This document shows, piece after piece, positions 19,401 to 26,963 of a stretch of DNA of 32,000 bases. A program made the position numbers and the translations under genes. The DNA comes from Schaalia meyeri. GTDB taxonomy: Bacteria > Actinomycetota > Actinomycetes > Actinomycetales > Actinomycetaceae. The stretch covers positions 150,001 to 182,000 of the forward strand of contig NZ_FNLK01000005.1 of assembly GCF_900105015.1 (NCBI RefSeq), in the 5' to 3' direction. The notes beneath the pieces were generated by a model. It did not search any database and had not been told where the DNA came from. It worked only from the letters and a program-made list of their open reading frames with translations. Position 1 is the stretch's first letter. Each line of letters starts with the position of its first letter.

Positions 19401-19669
19401 TGAAAACGGAGAACTTTGTGTTGGGAACGTCTATCGGGGACCTAAGCCACGAGGGCTCGTGTCGCATCAGCAGCGACTTGGGGCGTGCGCCGCTTGTAAA
19501 GGAGTGCGGGCAAACGCGCGTTATCGCCAGGATGGGCGATAACGCGCAAGGGGCGATCGTTGCGATGCTTGTCAAGCCCCTCCTTGGCGGCGGCACTGGC
19601 CGCGCTTTGGGGGCCATCGGGAAGCTCGCACGTGAACTGGAGTCTGGTGTGAACGGAGCGTGCGCGTGA
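19397..19669 (+). pseudogene. Fused relic of tryptophan synthase beta (trpB fragment) and alpha (trpA C-terminus)
   Basis: The 90-aa ORF reads ...DLSHEGSCRISSDLGRAPLVKECGQTRVIA. This resembles the TrpB PLP-lysine block DLNHTGSHKINNxLGQALLAxRMGKxRVIAETGAGQHG, with Lys replaced by Arg. It then continues AQGAIVAMLV...LARELESGV, resembling the TrpA C-terminus ADGVIVGSALV...ELAAGV. Its start overlaps the trpC-frame stop (GTGATGA) and its stop overlaps the lgt start. The comparison is from memory of these families and needs an alignment. Confidence 0.55.
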
Positions 19670-20619
19670 GCATTGTGGCAGCATCCGGTATCCCGTCGCC
19701 GTCTCAGGGCGTGTGGTATGTGGGACCGATTCCTCTTCGAGCATATGGCATCATCATCGCCGTCGGAATGGTTGTCGGTGTCTGGTGGACGGCCCGCCGC
19801 TATCGCCAGCGTGGGGGAAACCCGGACACGCTGTACGACGTGGCGTTCTGGGCGATCCCGCTGGGGGTCGTCGGCGCCCGTCTCTATCACGTTGTGACCT
19901 CGCCGGATGCCTACTTCGGTCCCGGCGGCGATCCCTGGCTAGCGCTCCAGCTGTGGCGCGGGGGCCTCGGTATCTGGGGAGGCGTCGCCCTTGGCGCTCT
20001 CGGCGCGTATATCGCCGTTAGGCGCGCGGGCGTTCGATTTGGTCCCATCGCTGACTCGCTGGCCCCGGCGCTTCTTGTGGCCCAGGCGATCGGTCGCTGG
20101 GGAAACTGGTTTAACCAGGAACTGTTCGGAGGGCCGACGACGCTCCCCTGGGGACTACAGATTGACGCGTCGCATATCCCCGCGGGGTATGCGACGGGGA
20201 CTCTCTTTCATCCGACGTTCCTCTACGAGTGCCTGTGGAACCTCGCAGGGGCGGCGTTCATCGTGTGGCTCGATCGCCGTCACCGTTTCGCTGGCGGGCA
20301 GGTTTTCGGCCTGTACCTCATGGTTTACACGTTGGGACGCAGCTGGATTGAAATGCTGCGGATTGACGATGCGCACACGTTCTTCGGGCTGCGCCTAAAT
20401 GTTTGGACGTCGTTCGTCGTCTTCGCGCTGGGCGTAGGTGTCTTTGTCGCTGCGGGGCGTCTGGGGAGGCCTGGCCGGGTGGAGCCCTGGTCAGATCGTG
20501 ACGAGGCAGATAAGGCTTTAGCGGAGAAGGGCGAGGAGCGCGCGGGTAGCGCACCCGACCCCGATGACGATGCAACGACAGGTGGGGAGGAAGCGGCGCA
20601 GACCACAGCAGATTCCTAG
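19660..20619 (+). CDS. lgt: Phosphatidylglycerol--prolipoprotein diacylglyceryl transferase
   Basis: IPSPSQGVWYVGPIPLRAYGIIIAVG, GARLYHV, GGLGIWGG, GRWGNWFNQELFG and HPTFLYECLWN are present, with an acidic C-terminal tail. Alternative GTG starts occur at 19666 and 19675. Confidence 0.92.
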   Translation: MRVSIVAASGIPSPSQGVWYVGPIPLRAYGIIIAVGMVVGVWWTARRYRQRGGNPDTLYDVAFWAIPLGVVGARLYHVVTSPDAYFGPGGDPWLALQLWRGGLGIWGGVALGALGAYIAVRRAGVRFGPIADSLAPALLVAQAIGRWGNWFNQELFGGPTTLPWGLQIDASHIPAGYATGTLFHPTFLYECLWNLAGAAFIVWLDRRHRFAGGQVFGLYLMVYTLGRSWIEMLRIDDAHTFFGLRLNVWTSFVVFALGVGVFVAAGRLGRPGRVEPWSDRDEADKALAEKGEERAGSAPDPDDDATTGGEEAAQTTADS

Positions 20620-20751
20620 CTCGGGGCGGGCACCGTGTGCCGAGGTACGTGAGTCGGAGGTCCCATATCGGTGTGATTCATGGGAATTATCACGTTATCG
20701 CGTGGGGGTGCCCCCGTGATTAAGGTGACACTGGGCGCTAGAATCGGCATC

Positions 20752-22200
20752 ATGCGTCGAGCTAAGATTGTCTGCACCATTGGACCTGCCACCGATTCCC
20801 CCGAGCAGCTCCAGGCGCTGGTTGACGCCGGCATGGATGTCGCGCGTATCAATCGGTCGCACGGAAACGCCGAGGAACACGCGGCCGTCATTTCGCGCGT
20901 CAGGAAGGCATCCGCGACGTCCGGCCGTGCGATTGCCGTTCTCGTTGACCTCCAGGGGCCGAAGATTCGCCTGGAGACTTTCCGAGACGGGCCCCAGGAA
21001 CTGGCGATCGGTGACACTTTCACGATCACCACCCGCGATGTTCCAGGCACGAAGGAACTCGTCGGAACGACCTTCAAGGGCCTTCCGGGTGACTGTGCTC
21101 CCGGCGATCGCCTGCTGATCGACGATGGCAACGTCGCGGTTCGCGTCGTCGAGGTGACCGACACTGACGTGGTAACCCGCGTTGAGGTCCCCGGCACGGT
21201 CTCCGATCACAAGGGGCTGAACCTGCCCGGCGTCGCGGTGTCCGTTCCCGCTCTGTCCGAAAAAGACAAGGAGGACCTGCGCTGGGGCATCGAAATGGAT
21301 GCCGATTTCATCGCCTTGTCCTTCGTGCGTTCCGCCGAAGACATCAAGGATGTCCACGAGATCATGGACGAGATGGGCAAGCGGATTCCCGTCATCGCCA
21401 AGATCGAGAAGCCGCAGGCCGTTGAAGCGCTCGAAGAGATCATCGAGGCCTTCGATGGCATCATGGTCGCGCGCGGTGACCTGGGCGTCGAGATGCCTCT
21501 CGAGGCGGTTCCGCTGGTTCAGAAGCGGGCGATCGAGCTGGCGCGGATCGCGGCTAAGCCCGTCATCGTGGCCACGCAGGTCATGGATTCCATGATCAAA
21601 AACCCACGTCCGACCCGCGCGGAGGCCTCCGACTGCGCTAACGCCATTCTTGATGGCGCGGACGCAGTGATGCTTTCCGGCGAAACCTCGGTGGGCGCCT
21701 TCCCCATCGAGACCGTTCGCACGATGGCCGCGATTATCGAGTCCACCGAGGAAAACGGCGGTGAGCGCATCGCTTCGATTCCCGGTTACTTCGCGTCGGA
21801 TCGGGCCGGCGTCATTTGCGAGGCAGCAGCCCGTATCGCCGAGCACATGGATGCCCGTTATCTGGTGACATTCACTCAGTCGGGTACATCCGCCCGCCTG
21901 CTGTCGCGTATGCGCCGACCGATTCCCATGCTGGCCTTTACGCCGTTGGAATCAACGCGTCGGCGTCTCGCTCTGTCGTGGGGTGTTCACACCTACCGCG
22001 TCCCCGAGGTGCAGCACACGGATGACATGGTGTGGCAGCTCGACCAGGTCGTGCAGTCCTCCCGCCTGGCGGATATCGGTCAGCAGCTCGTCATCGTCGC
22101 CGGCATGCCGCCGGGCATCGCTGGCTCCTCGAACATGCTGCGTATCCACGAAGTTGGCGACGAGGCCGACTACGCGATTGGGGGCTTACGCGACGCGTGA
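20752..22200 (+). CDS. pyk: Pyruvate kinase
   Basis: ATG 20752 begins MRRAKIVCTIGPATDSPEQL. ARINRSHG, DLQGPKIR, IAKIEKPQAV, MVARGDLGVE and ATQVMDSM are present. The track ORF start at 20680 is an upstream in-frame extension. Confidence 0.95.
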   Translation: MRRAKIVCTIGPATDSPEQLQALVDAGMDVARINRSHGNAEEHAAVISRVRKASATSGRAIAVLVDLQGPKIRLETFRDGPQELAIGDTFTITTRDVPGTKELVGTTFKGLPGDCAPGDRLLIDDGNVAVRVVEVTDTDVVTRVEVPGTVSDHKGLNLPGVAVSVPALSEKDKEDLRWGIEMDADFIALSFVRSAEDIKDVHEIMDEMGKRIPVIAKIEKPQAVEALEEIIEAFDGIMVARGDLGVEMPLEAVPLVQKRAIELARIAAKPVIVATQVMDSMIKNPRPTRAEASDCANAILDGADAVMLSGETSVGAFPIETVRTMAAIIESTEENGGERIASIPGYFASDRAGVICEAAARIAEHMDARYLVTFTQSGTSARLLSRMRRPIPMLAFTPLESTRRRLALSWGVHTYRVPEVQHTDDMVWQLDQVVQSSRLADIGQQLVIVAGMPPGIAGSSNMLRIHEVGDEADYAIGGLRDA

Positions 22201-22209
22201 GATTCTCGC

Positions 22210-22247
22210 GGGGTGGGGGTGTCGGCACGTGCCGACACCCCCACCCC
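22210..22247 (+). terminator. pyk terminator: perfect 38-nt palindrome
   Basis: GGGGTGGGGGTGTCGGCAC/GTGCCGACACCCCCACCCC (19+19 nt with no mismatch) begins 10 nt after the pyk stop. There is no U-tract. Confidence 0.6.
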
Positions 22248-22443
22248 TGTGCCGCGACTCATTCGCGTTCGTATGGACAAAAGGGAGATGAGGGAATACA
22301 GTACTCGGATACACGTTGAAACGTGTGGATGCCGCTCCAACGACGGCGCGGCATAGCAGCAGATCGCTGCCTGGTGCGTAGAGGGATGCCTGTGCGATCA
22401 AAGCACGTTCCCCCGGCGCATCACAACGAAAGATGGAGGAGAA

Positions 22444-22659
22444 ATGAATACGGATATCCGGACCGTGTCGGTCCACGACACTCTGTTTGGCCGGGTGGCC
22501 AACAACCTGGAGGTCGGCCAGCTTTCTCGCGCTGTTGAGCCGTGGTTTGCTGACTTCCATGATTCGAGGGTCAAGCAGGCGATCGCCGATCTTGACGAAC
22601 CCTCCCTGAGGGGAGCGGCAGCCGAGTATCTCGGTCTCGAACTGAGCGTGGTGGCCTGA
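22444..22659 (+). CDS. Orphan small acidic protein (71 aa), no family recognised
   Basis: GGAGGAG ends 3 nt before ATG 22444. The ORF is followed 6 nt later by a perfect 19-bp hairpin. It sits in a lower-GC islet. The sequence is MNTDIRTVSVHDTLFGRVANNLEVGQLSRAVEPWFADFHDSRVKQAIADLDEPSLRGAAAEYLGLELSVVA. Confidence 0.5.
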   Translation: MNTDIRTVSVHDTLFGRVANNLEVGQLSRAVEPWFADFHDSRVKQAIADLDEPSLRGAAAEYLGLELSVVA

Positions 22660-22664
22660 GTCGC

Positions 22665-22705
22665 GATGGAGGGGCCGACAAGCGATGCTTGTCGGCCCCT
22701 CCATC
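22665..22705 (+). terminator. Terminator hairpin after the small ORF
   Basis: GATGGAGGGGCCGACAAGC-GAT-GCTTGTCGGCCCCTCCATC is a perfect 19-bp stem with a 3-nt loop, followed by TGTGTG. Confidence 0.65.
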
Positions 22706-22792
22706 TGTGTGCAGATATGTTGAAATAATTGCGATTCGTGCATCGCGTAGGTACAGGATTGCCGGTACCATGGGAGCACGTACTCCACTGGC

Positions 22793-22868
22793 GGTACCCC
22801 GAGTGGGATTCGAACCCACAACAAGCCGGGTTTGAGCCGACCGCCTCTGCCAGTTGGGCTATCGGGGC
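22793..22868 (-). tRNA. tRNA-Leu(CAA)-like gene with a short (5-nt) variable loop
   Basis: The minus strand reads GCCCCGATAGCCCAACTGGCAGAGGCGGTCGGCTCAAACCCGGCTTGTTGTGGGTTCGAATCCCACTCGGGGTACC. Acceptor stem GCCCCGA/TCGGGGT with A73. T-arm GTGGG-TTCGAAT-CCCAC. Anticodon arm GTCGG-CTCAAAC-CCGGC, giving anticodon CAA. D-arm GCC-(11 nt with GG)-GGC. CCA is not fully encoded (ACCG). Confidence 0.75.
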
Positions 22869-22932
22869 TTTCGCGTGTGCGAGACCCACAATAGAACAGC
22901 TGAGCAAACCGATCAAACTGAGGAATATGACA

Positions 22933-23523
22933 ATGAGTGAAGAGCAGGCTGAGCCGCGTCGCGTCCTCGTCGCTGAGGACGAGGGGTTGATCCGTCTCGA
23001 TATCGTTGAGACGCTGACCCAGGCGGGGTTTGAGGTCGTCGGCGAAGCTGCCGACGGCGAGGAAGCGGTCGAGCTGGCGCTGGAACTCGAACCGGATTTG
23101 TGTGTGATGGACGTCAAGATGCCGAAGATGGATGGCATCACTGCGGCTGAGAAGATTCTCCAAGAATTGTCGTGCGCGGTCGTCATGCTGACCGCCTTCT
23201 CGCAGACGGAGCTCGTGGAGCGGGCGCGCGACGCCGGCGCGATGGCCTACGTCGTGAAGCCGTTTAGTCCTTCCGACCTGATACCGGCTGTCGAGATCGC
23301 GCTGTCTCGCCACGCGGAGATTGAATCTCTTGAGGACCAGATCGCTGATCTGAGCGATCGTTTCGAGACGCGTAAGCGCGTGGACCGCGCGAAGGGCCTG
23401 CTCATGAAGAATATGGGGATGAGCGAACCGGAAGCCTTCCGCTGGATCCAGAAGACGTCGATGGATCGCCGCCTGTCGATGCGCGAGGTCGCCGATGCGG
23501 TCATCAATCAGGTGGATGACTGA
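22933..23523 (+). CDS. pdtaR: ANTAR-domain response regulator (PdtaR-like)
   Basis: The receiver domain reads VLVAEDEGLIRLDI...DLCVMDVKMPKMDG...VVKPF. The ANTAR domain reads RKRVDRAKGLLMKNMGMSEPEAFRWIQKTSMDRRLSMREVADAVI. ATG 22933 lies 9 nt after GAGGA, and an in-frame ATG also occurs at 22927. The track ORF start at 22729 runs through the tRNA and is not credible. Confidence 0.9.
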   Translation: MSEEQAEPRRVLVAEDEGLIRLDIVETLTQAGFEVVGEAADGEEAVELALELEPDLCVMDVKMPKMDGITAAEKILQELSCAVVMLTAFSQTELVERARDAGAMAYVVKPFSPSDLIPAVEIALSRHAEIESLEDQIADLSDRFETRKRVDRAKGLLMKNMGMSEPEAFRWIQKTSMDRRLSMREVADAVINQVDD

Positions 23524-23531
23524 TCGCTATT

Positions 23532-23572
23532 GATGGTGGTGGGTGGGGGCGACGCCCCCACCCACCACCATC
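23532..23572. terminator. Bidirectional terminator between pdtaR and the convergent thioesterase gene
   Basis: GATGGTGGTGGGTGGGGGC-GAC-GCCCCCACCCACCACCATC is a perfect 19-bp stem. Confidence 0.6.
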
Positions 23573-23591
23573 TCGCCCTGGGCGAGCACAG

Positions 23592-24068
23592 CTAGTTGTG
23601 GCTGGAACGAACCAGGATGCGATTGGTGACCTGCGCGATTGAGATGAGTCGGTCGGCCTCGTCACGAATCTCGACGGTGTGGACCGTGGATGAACGGCCG
23701 AGGTGAACGGCCGTCGCCGTTGCCGTAATCGTTCCCTGCCGTCCGGCGCTGATGTGCGACGCGTTGAGCTCAGTGCCGACCGCGTAGGCCTGCTTCCCCG
23801 GGTTGGTTTCGCGTGCGTGGATCTGGGCGGCAAAAGAGGCGGCCGTCTCCGCGAGTGCCGCGGACGCGCCGCCGTGCAGGATCCCCGCGTTTTGCCGATT
23901 ACCGTCGATGGGCATCGAGATGACGGTGCGCGCAGCGGCGTGCTCGAGAACTTCCATTCCGGTGGCCTCCATGAGGGAGCCGGGCCAGTGCGCTCCCACC
24001 CATCCTCCGTGGGCGAGAGGGTCGGGTAAGGAGGAACGATTGTGTTTCGTCTGGTCAACGTGTGTCAT
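23592..24068 (-). CDS. Hotdog-fold acyl-CoA thioesterase (PaaI/YbdB family)
   Basis: GMEVLEHAAARTVISMPIDGNRQNAGILHGGASAALAETAAS...ATATAVHLGRSSTVHTVEIRDEADRLISIAQVT is a typical PaaI-type core. Start uncertain: ATG 24068 or 24098, both crowding the polA start. Confidence 0.75.
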   Translation of the reverse strand: MTHVDQTKHNRSSLPDPLAHGGWVGAHWPGSLMEATGMEVLEHAAARTVISMPIDGNRQNAGILHGGASAALAETAASFAAQIHARETNPGKQAYAVGTELNASHISAGRQGTITATATAVHLGRSSTVHTVEIRDEADRLISIAQVTNRILVRSSHN

Positions 24069-24087
24069 GGCATCTAGGGTGTCATGT

Positions 24088-26793
24088 GTGAGTGACACCG
24101 TGCTGATTATCGATGGCCATTCGATGGCGTATCGCGCATTCTATGCGCTGCCCGCCGACAACTTTGTCACGGCGACGGGCCAGCACACGAACGCGGTTTA
24201 TGGCTTCGTATCAATGCTGACGCGGCTGCTTGAAACGGAACGTCCGACCCACGTGGCCGTAGCATTTGATGTGTCCAGGCACTCATTTCGCACGCGGGAG
24301 TATCCGGAGTACAAGGGCACTCGGGATGCGACTCCCGAAGAGTTCAAGGGGCAGGTGGAACTCATCCGCGAGGTCTTAGAGGCGATGGGAATCGTCTCGC
24401 TGTCGCGCGACGGCTTTGAAGCCGATGACATTCTGGCGACGTTGGCTTACCGAGCCGGACACGACGGAGCGACCGTTCTGGTCGTCTCGGGAGACCGCGA
24501 TTCCTTCCAGACTGTGACCGAGAACGTCACGGTCCTGTACCCGGGCACGGGTCCTGGAGATCTGCGCCGGATGACGCCGCAGGCGGTCGAGGACAAGTAC
24601 GGCGTTGCGCCACATCGATACCCCGAGATCGCCGCCATCGTAGGCGAGACCTCGGACAATCTGCCGGGCGTGCCCGGGGTGGGGCCGAAAACAGCGGCTC
24701 AGTGGATCAACAAGTTTGACGGACTGGATAACCTGCTCGCGCGGGCCGATGAAATCGGCGGTAAGCGGGGAGCGGCACTGCGCGAACATATGGATGACGT
24801 GGTGCGTAACCGCCGACTCAACAGGCTCGTGACGGATATGGACCTGGGTGTTGCCCCGAGCGACCTCGCACGCCGCGCGACAGACGTCGCAGCGATTGAC
24901 AGGCTCTTCGACTCCCTCGAATTCGGACGGCTGCGGAGGAAGGTCCGCGAGGTCTCGGGCATTGGGATGGGGGATGTGGCACCCGACGAGGCCGTTAAAG
25001 ATTCCTGGGGCGACATGCAGGTCACGGTTCGCCTGGCCGATGCGACCTGCGATATTGCCCGGTGGGTCGGCGAGCATAATTGCCTCGGCCTGCTGGTCGA
25101 AGGCGATACGCGACCGACGCGCGGCGAGGTGACACGGCTCGTCCTCGCCAGCGAGAGCGATGCGCTCGTCATCGAACCGACCGAACTTGGCCCCGCGCAG
25201 GATCGCGCCCTCGCGTCTGTTCTCGCCCAGGCCTCGTCCCTCATCGTTCACGACGCGAAGGGCACCCGTCACGCGCTCGCATCGCGCGGGTGGGGCCTCG
25301 GGGGCGTTTCCTTCGACACGATGCTGGCGGCCTACCTCGCGCACCCGGATCAGCGCTCCCACAAGCTTGAGGACCTGGTATCGCGCATCCTGGGCACCCG
25401 GGTCGATGAGGAGGGTGAGTCTGATACCTTGTTCGACCTGGGAGAAATCGGGGAGGGGCCGAGCGCCGCGCAGGTGCGCGCAGGGCACTTGGCGGCGCAG
25501 CTGCACCTCCTGGCGGCCAGGTTACGCGACACACTTGAAGAGGGTTCGGGAAGCGCGCTTCTCACGAAGATGGAAATGCCCCTCTCCCGCCTGCTCGCAG
25601 ACATGGAACAGACGGGTATCGCCGCAGATGTGTGCGTCCTTGAATCCCTATCGACCGAACTGGGGGCCGACGTGGAGGCCGCTCGGCGGGGCGCGTGGGC
25701 GGCCGCGGGCCGCGAGGTCAACCTGTCGAGCCCCAAGCAGCTCCAGGAAATACTCTTTGACCACTTCGGGTTACCCAAGACCAAGAAGACGAAGACGGGG
25801 TACACGACGAACGCCGACGCGTTGGCGGATCTGTGGGTGAAAACCGAAGCGAGCGGGGGAGCGGGACACGAGTTCCTCGGGCATCTGCTGACGCACCGCG
25901 ACCGCATCAAGCTCAAGCAAATGGTGGACTCGCTGACCGCCACCGTCGCATCGGACGGACGCATCCACACGACCTTCTCGCAGGTGGCCGCGGCAACGGG
26001 ACGCCTGGCCTCCTCGGATCCCAATCTGCAAAACATCCCCGCCCGCAGCGTCGATGGCAAGCGCATCCGCGGAGCCTTTATCGCAGGTGAGGGGTACTCA
26101 TCACTCATGAGCGCCGACTACTCGCAGATCGAGATGCGGCTCATGGCGCACCTGTCTGGTGATGAGGCGCTCATCGAGGCCTTTAATTCGGGGGAGGATC
26201 TCCACCGAACCATGGCATCCATGGTGTTTGGTACGCCCGTCAACGAGGTGAGCGGCGAGGAACGGTCGCGGATCAAGGCCACCTCCTACGGGCTCGCCTA
26301 CGGGCTGTCGGCCTACGGTCTCGCCGCGCAACTCGGTATCCCGGTTCCCGAGGCGGCTGCGCTCCGCGAGCGCTACTTTGAACGATTCGGGAAGGTGCGT
26401 GACTACCTTGATGGGCTCGTCGCTCAGGCGCGCGCCGACGGCTACACAGAGACGATGTTCGGTCGCAGGCGCTACCTGCCCGACCTGCGTTCGTCGAATC
26501 GCCAGCGCCGTGAGATGGCTGAACGGGCAGCGCTTAACGCGCCCATTCAAGGCAGCGCCGCCGATATCGTCAAGATCGCGATGCTGGATGTCGTGTCGGC
26601 GTTGTCCGATGCGGGGCTTAGCTCACGACTCCTCGTGCAGATCCACGACGAACTCCTCGTGGAGATCGCGCCGGGAGAGGCGCGCGCGGTGGAAGCGATC
26701 GTTCGCGATAGGATGGCGTCTCCCGTGAAGCTGTCTGTCCCGCTGGACGTGGCCGTGGGGGTCGGCCCCTCGTGGCAGCTCGCCGCACACTAG
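24088..26793 (+). CDS. polA: DNA polymerase I
   Basis: The 5'-nuclease domain has LIIDGHSMAYRAFYAL and VVSGDRDSFQ. The polymerase motifs are A (DYSQIEMRLMAHLSGD), B (RSRIKATSYGLAYGLSAYGL) and C (QIHDELLVE). The start is GTG 24088 (VSDTVLIIDG) or ATG 24067. The track start at 23803 is antisense to the thioesterase gene. Confidence 0.95.
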   Translation: MSDTVLIIDGHSMAYRAFYALPADNFVTATGQHTNAVYGFVSMLTRLLETERPTHVAVAFDVSRHSFRTREYPEYKGTRDATPEEFKGQVELIREVLEAMGIVSLSRDGFEADDILATLAYRAGHDGATVLVVSGDRDSFQTVTENVTVLYPGTGPGDLRRMTPQAVEDKYGVAPHRYPEIAAIVGETSDNLPGVPGVGPKTAAQWINKFDGLDNLLARADEIGGKRGAALREHMDDVVRNRRLNRLVTDMDLGVAPSDLARRATDVAAIDRLFDSLEFGRLRRKVREVSGIGMGDVAPDEAVKDSWGDMQVTVRLADATCDIARWVGEHNCLGLLVEGDTRPTRGEVTRLVLASESDALVIEPTELGPAQDRALASVLAQASSLIVHDAKGTRHALASRGWGLGGVSFDTMLAAYLAHPDQRSHKLEDLVSRILGTRVDEEGESDTLFDLGEIGEGPSAAQVRAGHLAAQLHLLAARLRDTLEEGSGSALLTKMEMPLSRLLADMEQTGIAADVCVLESLSTELGADVEAARRGAWAAAGREVNLSSPKQLQEILFDHFGLPKTKKTKTGYTTNADALADLWVKTEASGGAGHEFLGHLLTHRDRIKLKQMVDSLTATVASDGRIHTTFSQVAAATGRLASSDPNLQNIPARSVDGKRIRGAFIAGEGYSSLMSADYSQIEMRLMAHLSGDEALIEAFNSGEDLHRTMASMVFGTPVNEVSGEERSRIKATSYGLAYGLSAYGLAAQLGIPVPEAAALRERYFERFGKVRDYLDGLVAQARADGYTETMFGRRRYLPDLRSSNRQRREMAERAALNAPIQGSAADIVKIAMLDVVSALSDAGLSSRLLVQIHDELLVEIAPGEARAVEAIVRDRMASPVKLSVPLDVAVGVGPSWQLAAH

Positions 26794-26963
26794 AGAAGCT
26801 ACTTCGCGACACACACCACGCAAAGTGTCGCTAATTTCGTCACATTTATGGCCCTGAGGCTGCTAGACTGAGTCACGGTGTCTGGGGACTGGTGCATCCG
26901 CATCAGTTCGAGGGCGCTGGAACTGTCCATCTACTATCCAGTCCGTTTCGGAGAAACTACTAC

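Noticed and set aside
22330-22440. ANTAR (PdtaR) dual-hexaloop RNA target near pdtaR
   Set aside because: The hairpins found (ATGCCGC...GCGGCAT with a 12-nt loop; GCAGC-AGATC-GCTGC with a 5-nt loop) do not have the paired hexaloops with A1/G4 expected for ANTAR targets.
22741-22800. Possible att-type duplication of the tRNA 3' end (CGGTACC at 22762-22768 and 22792-22798) indicating an integrated element
   Set aside because: Only 7 nt are shared, which is within chance expectation. No integrase or other mobile-element gene is present.
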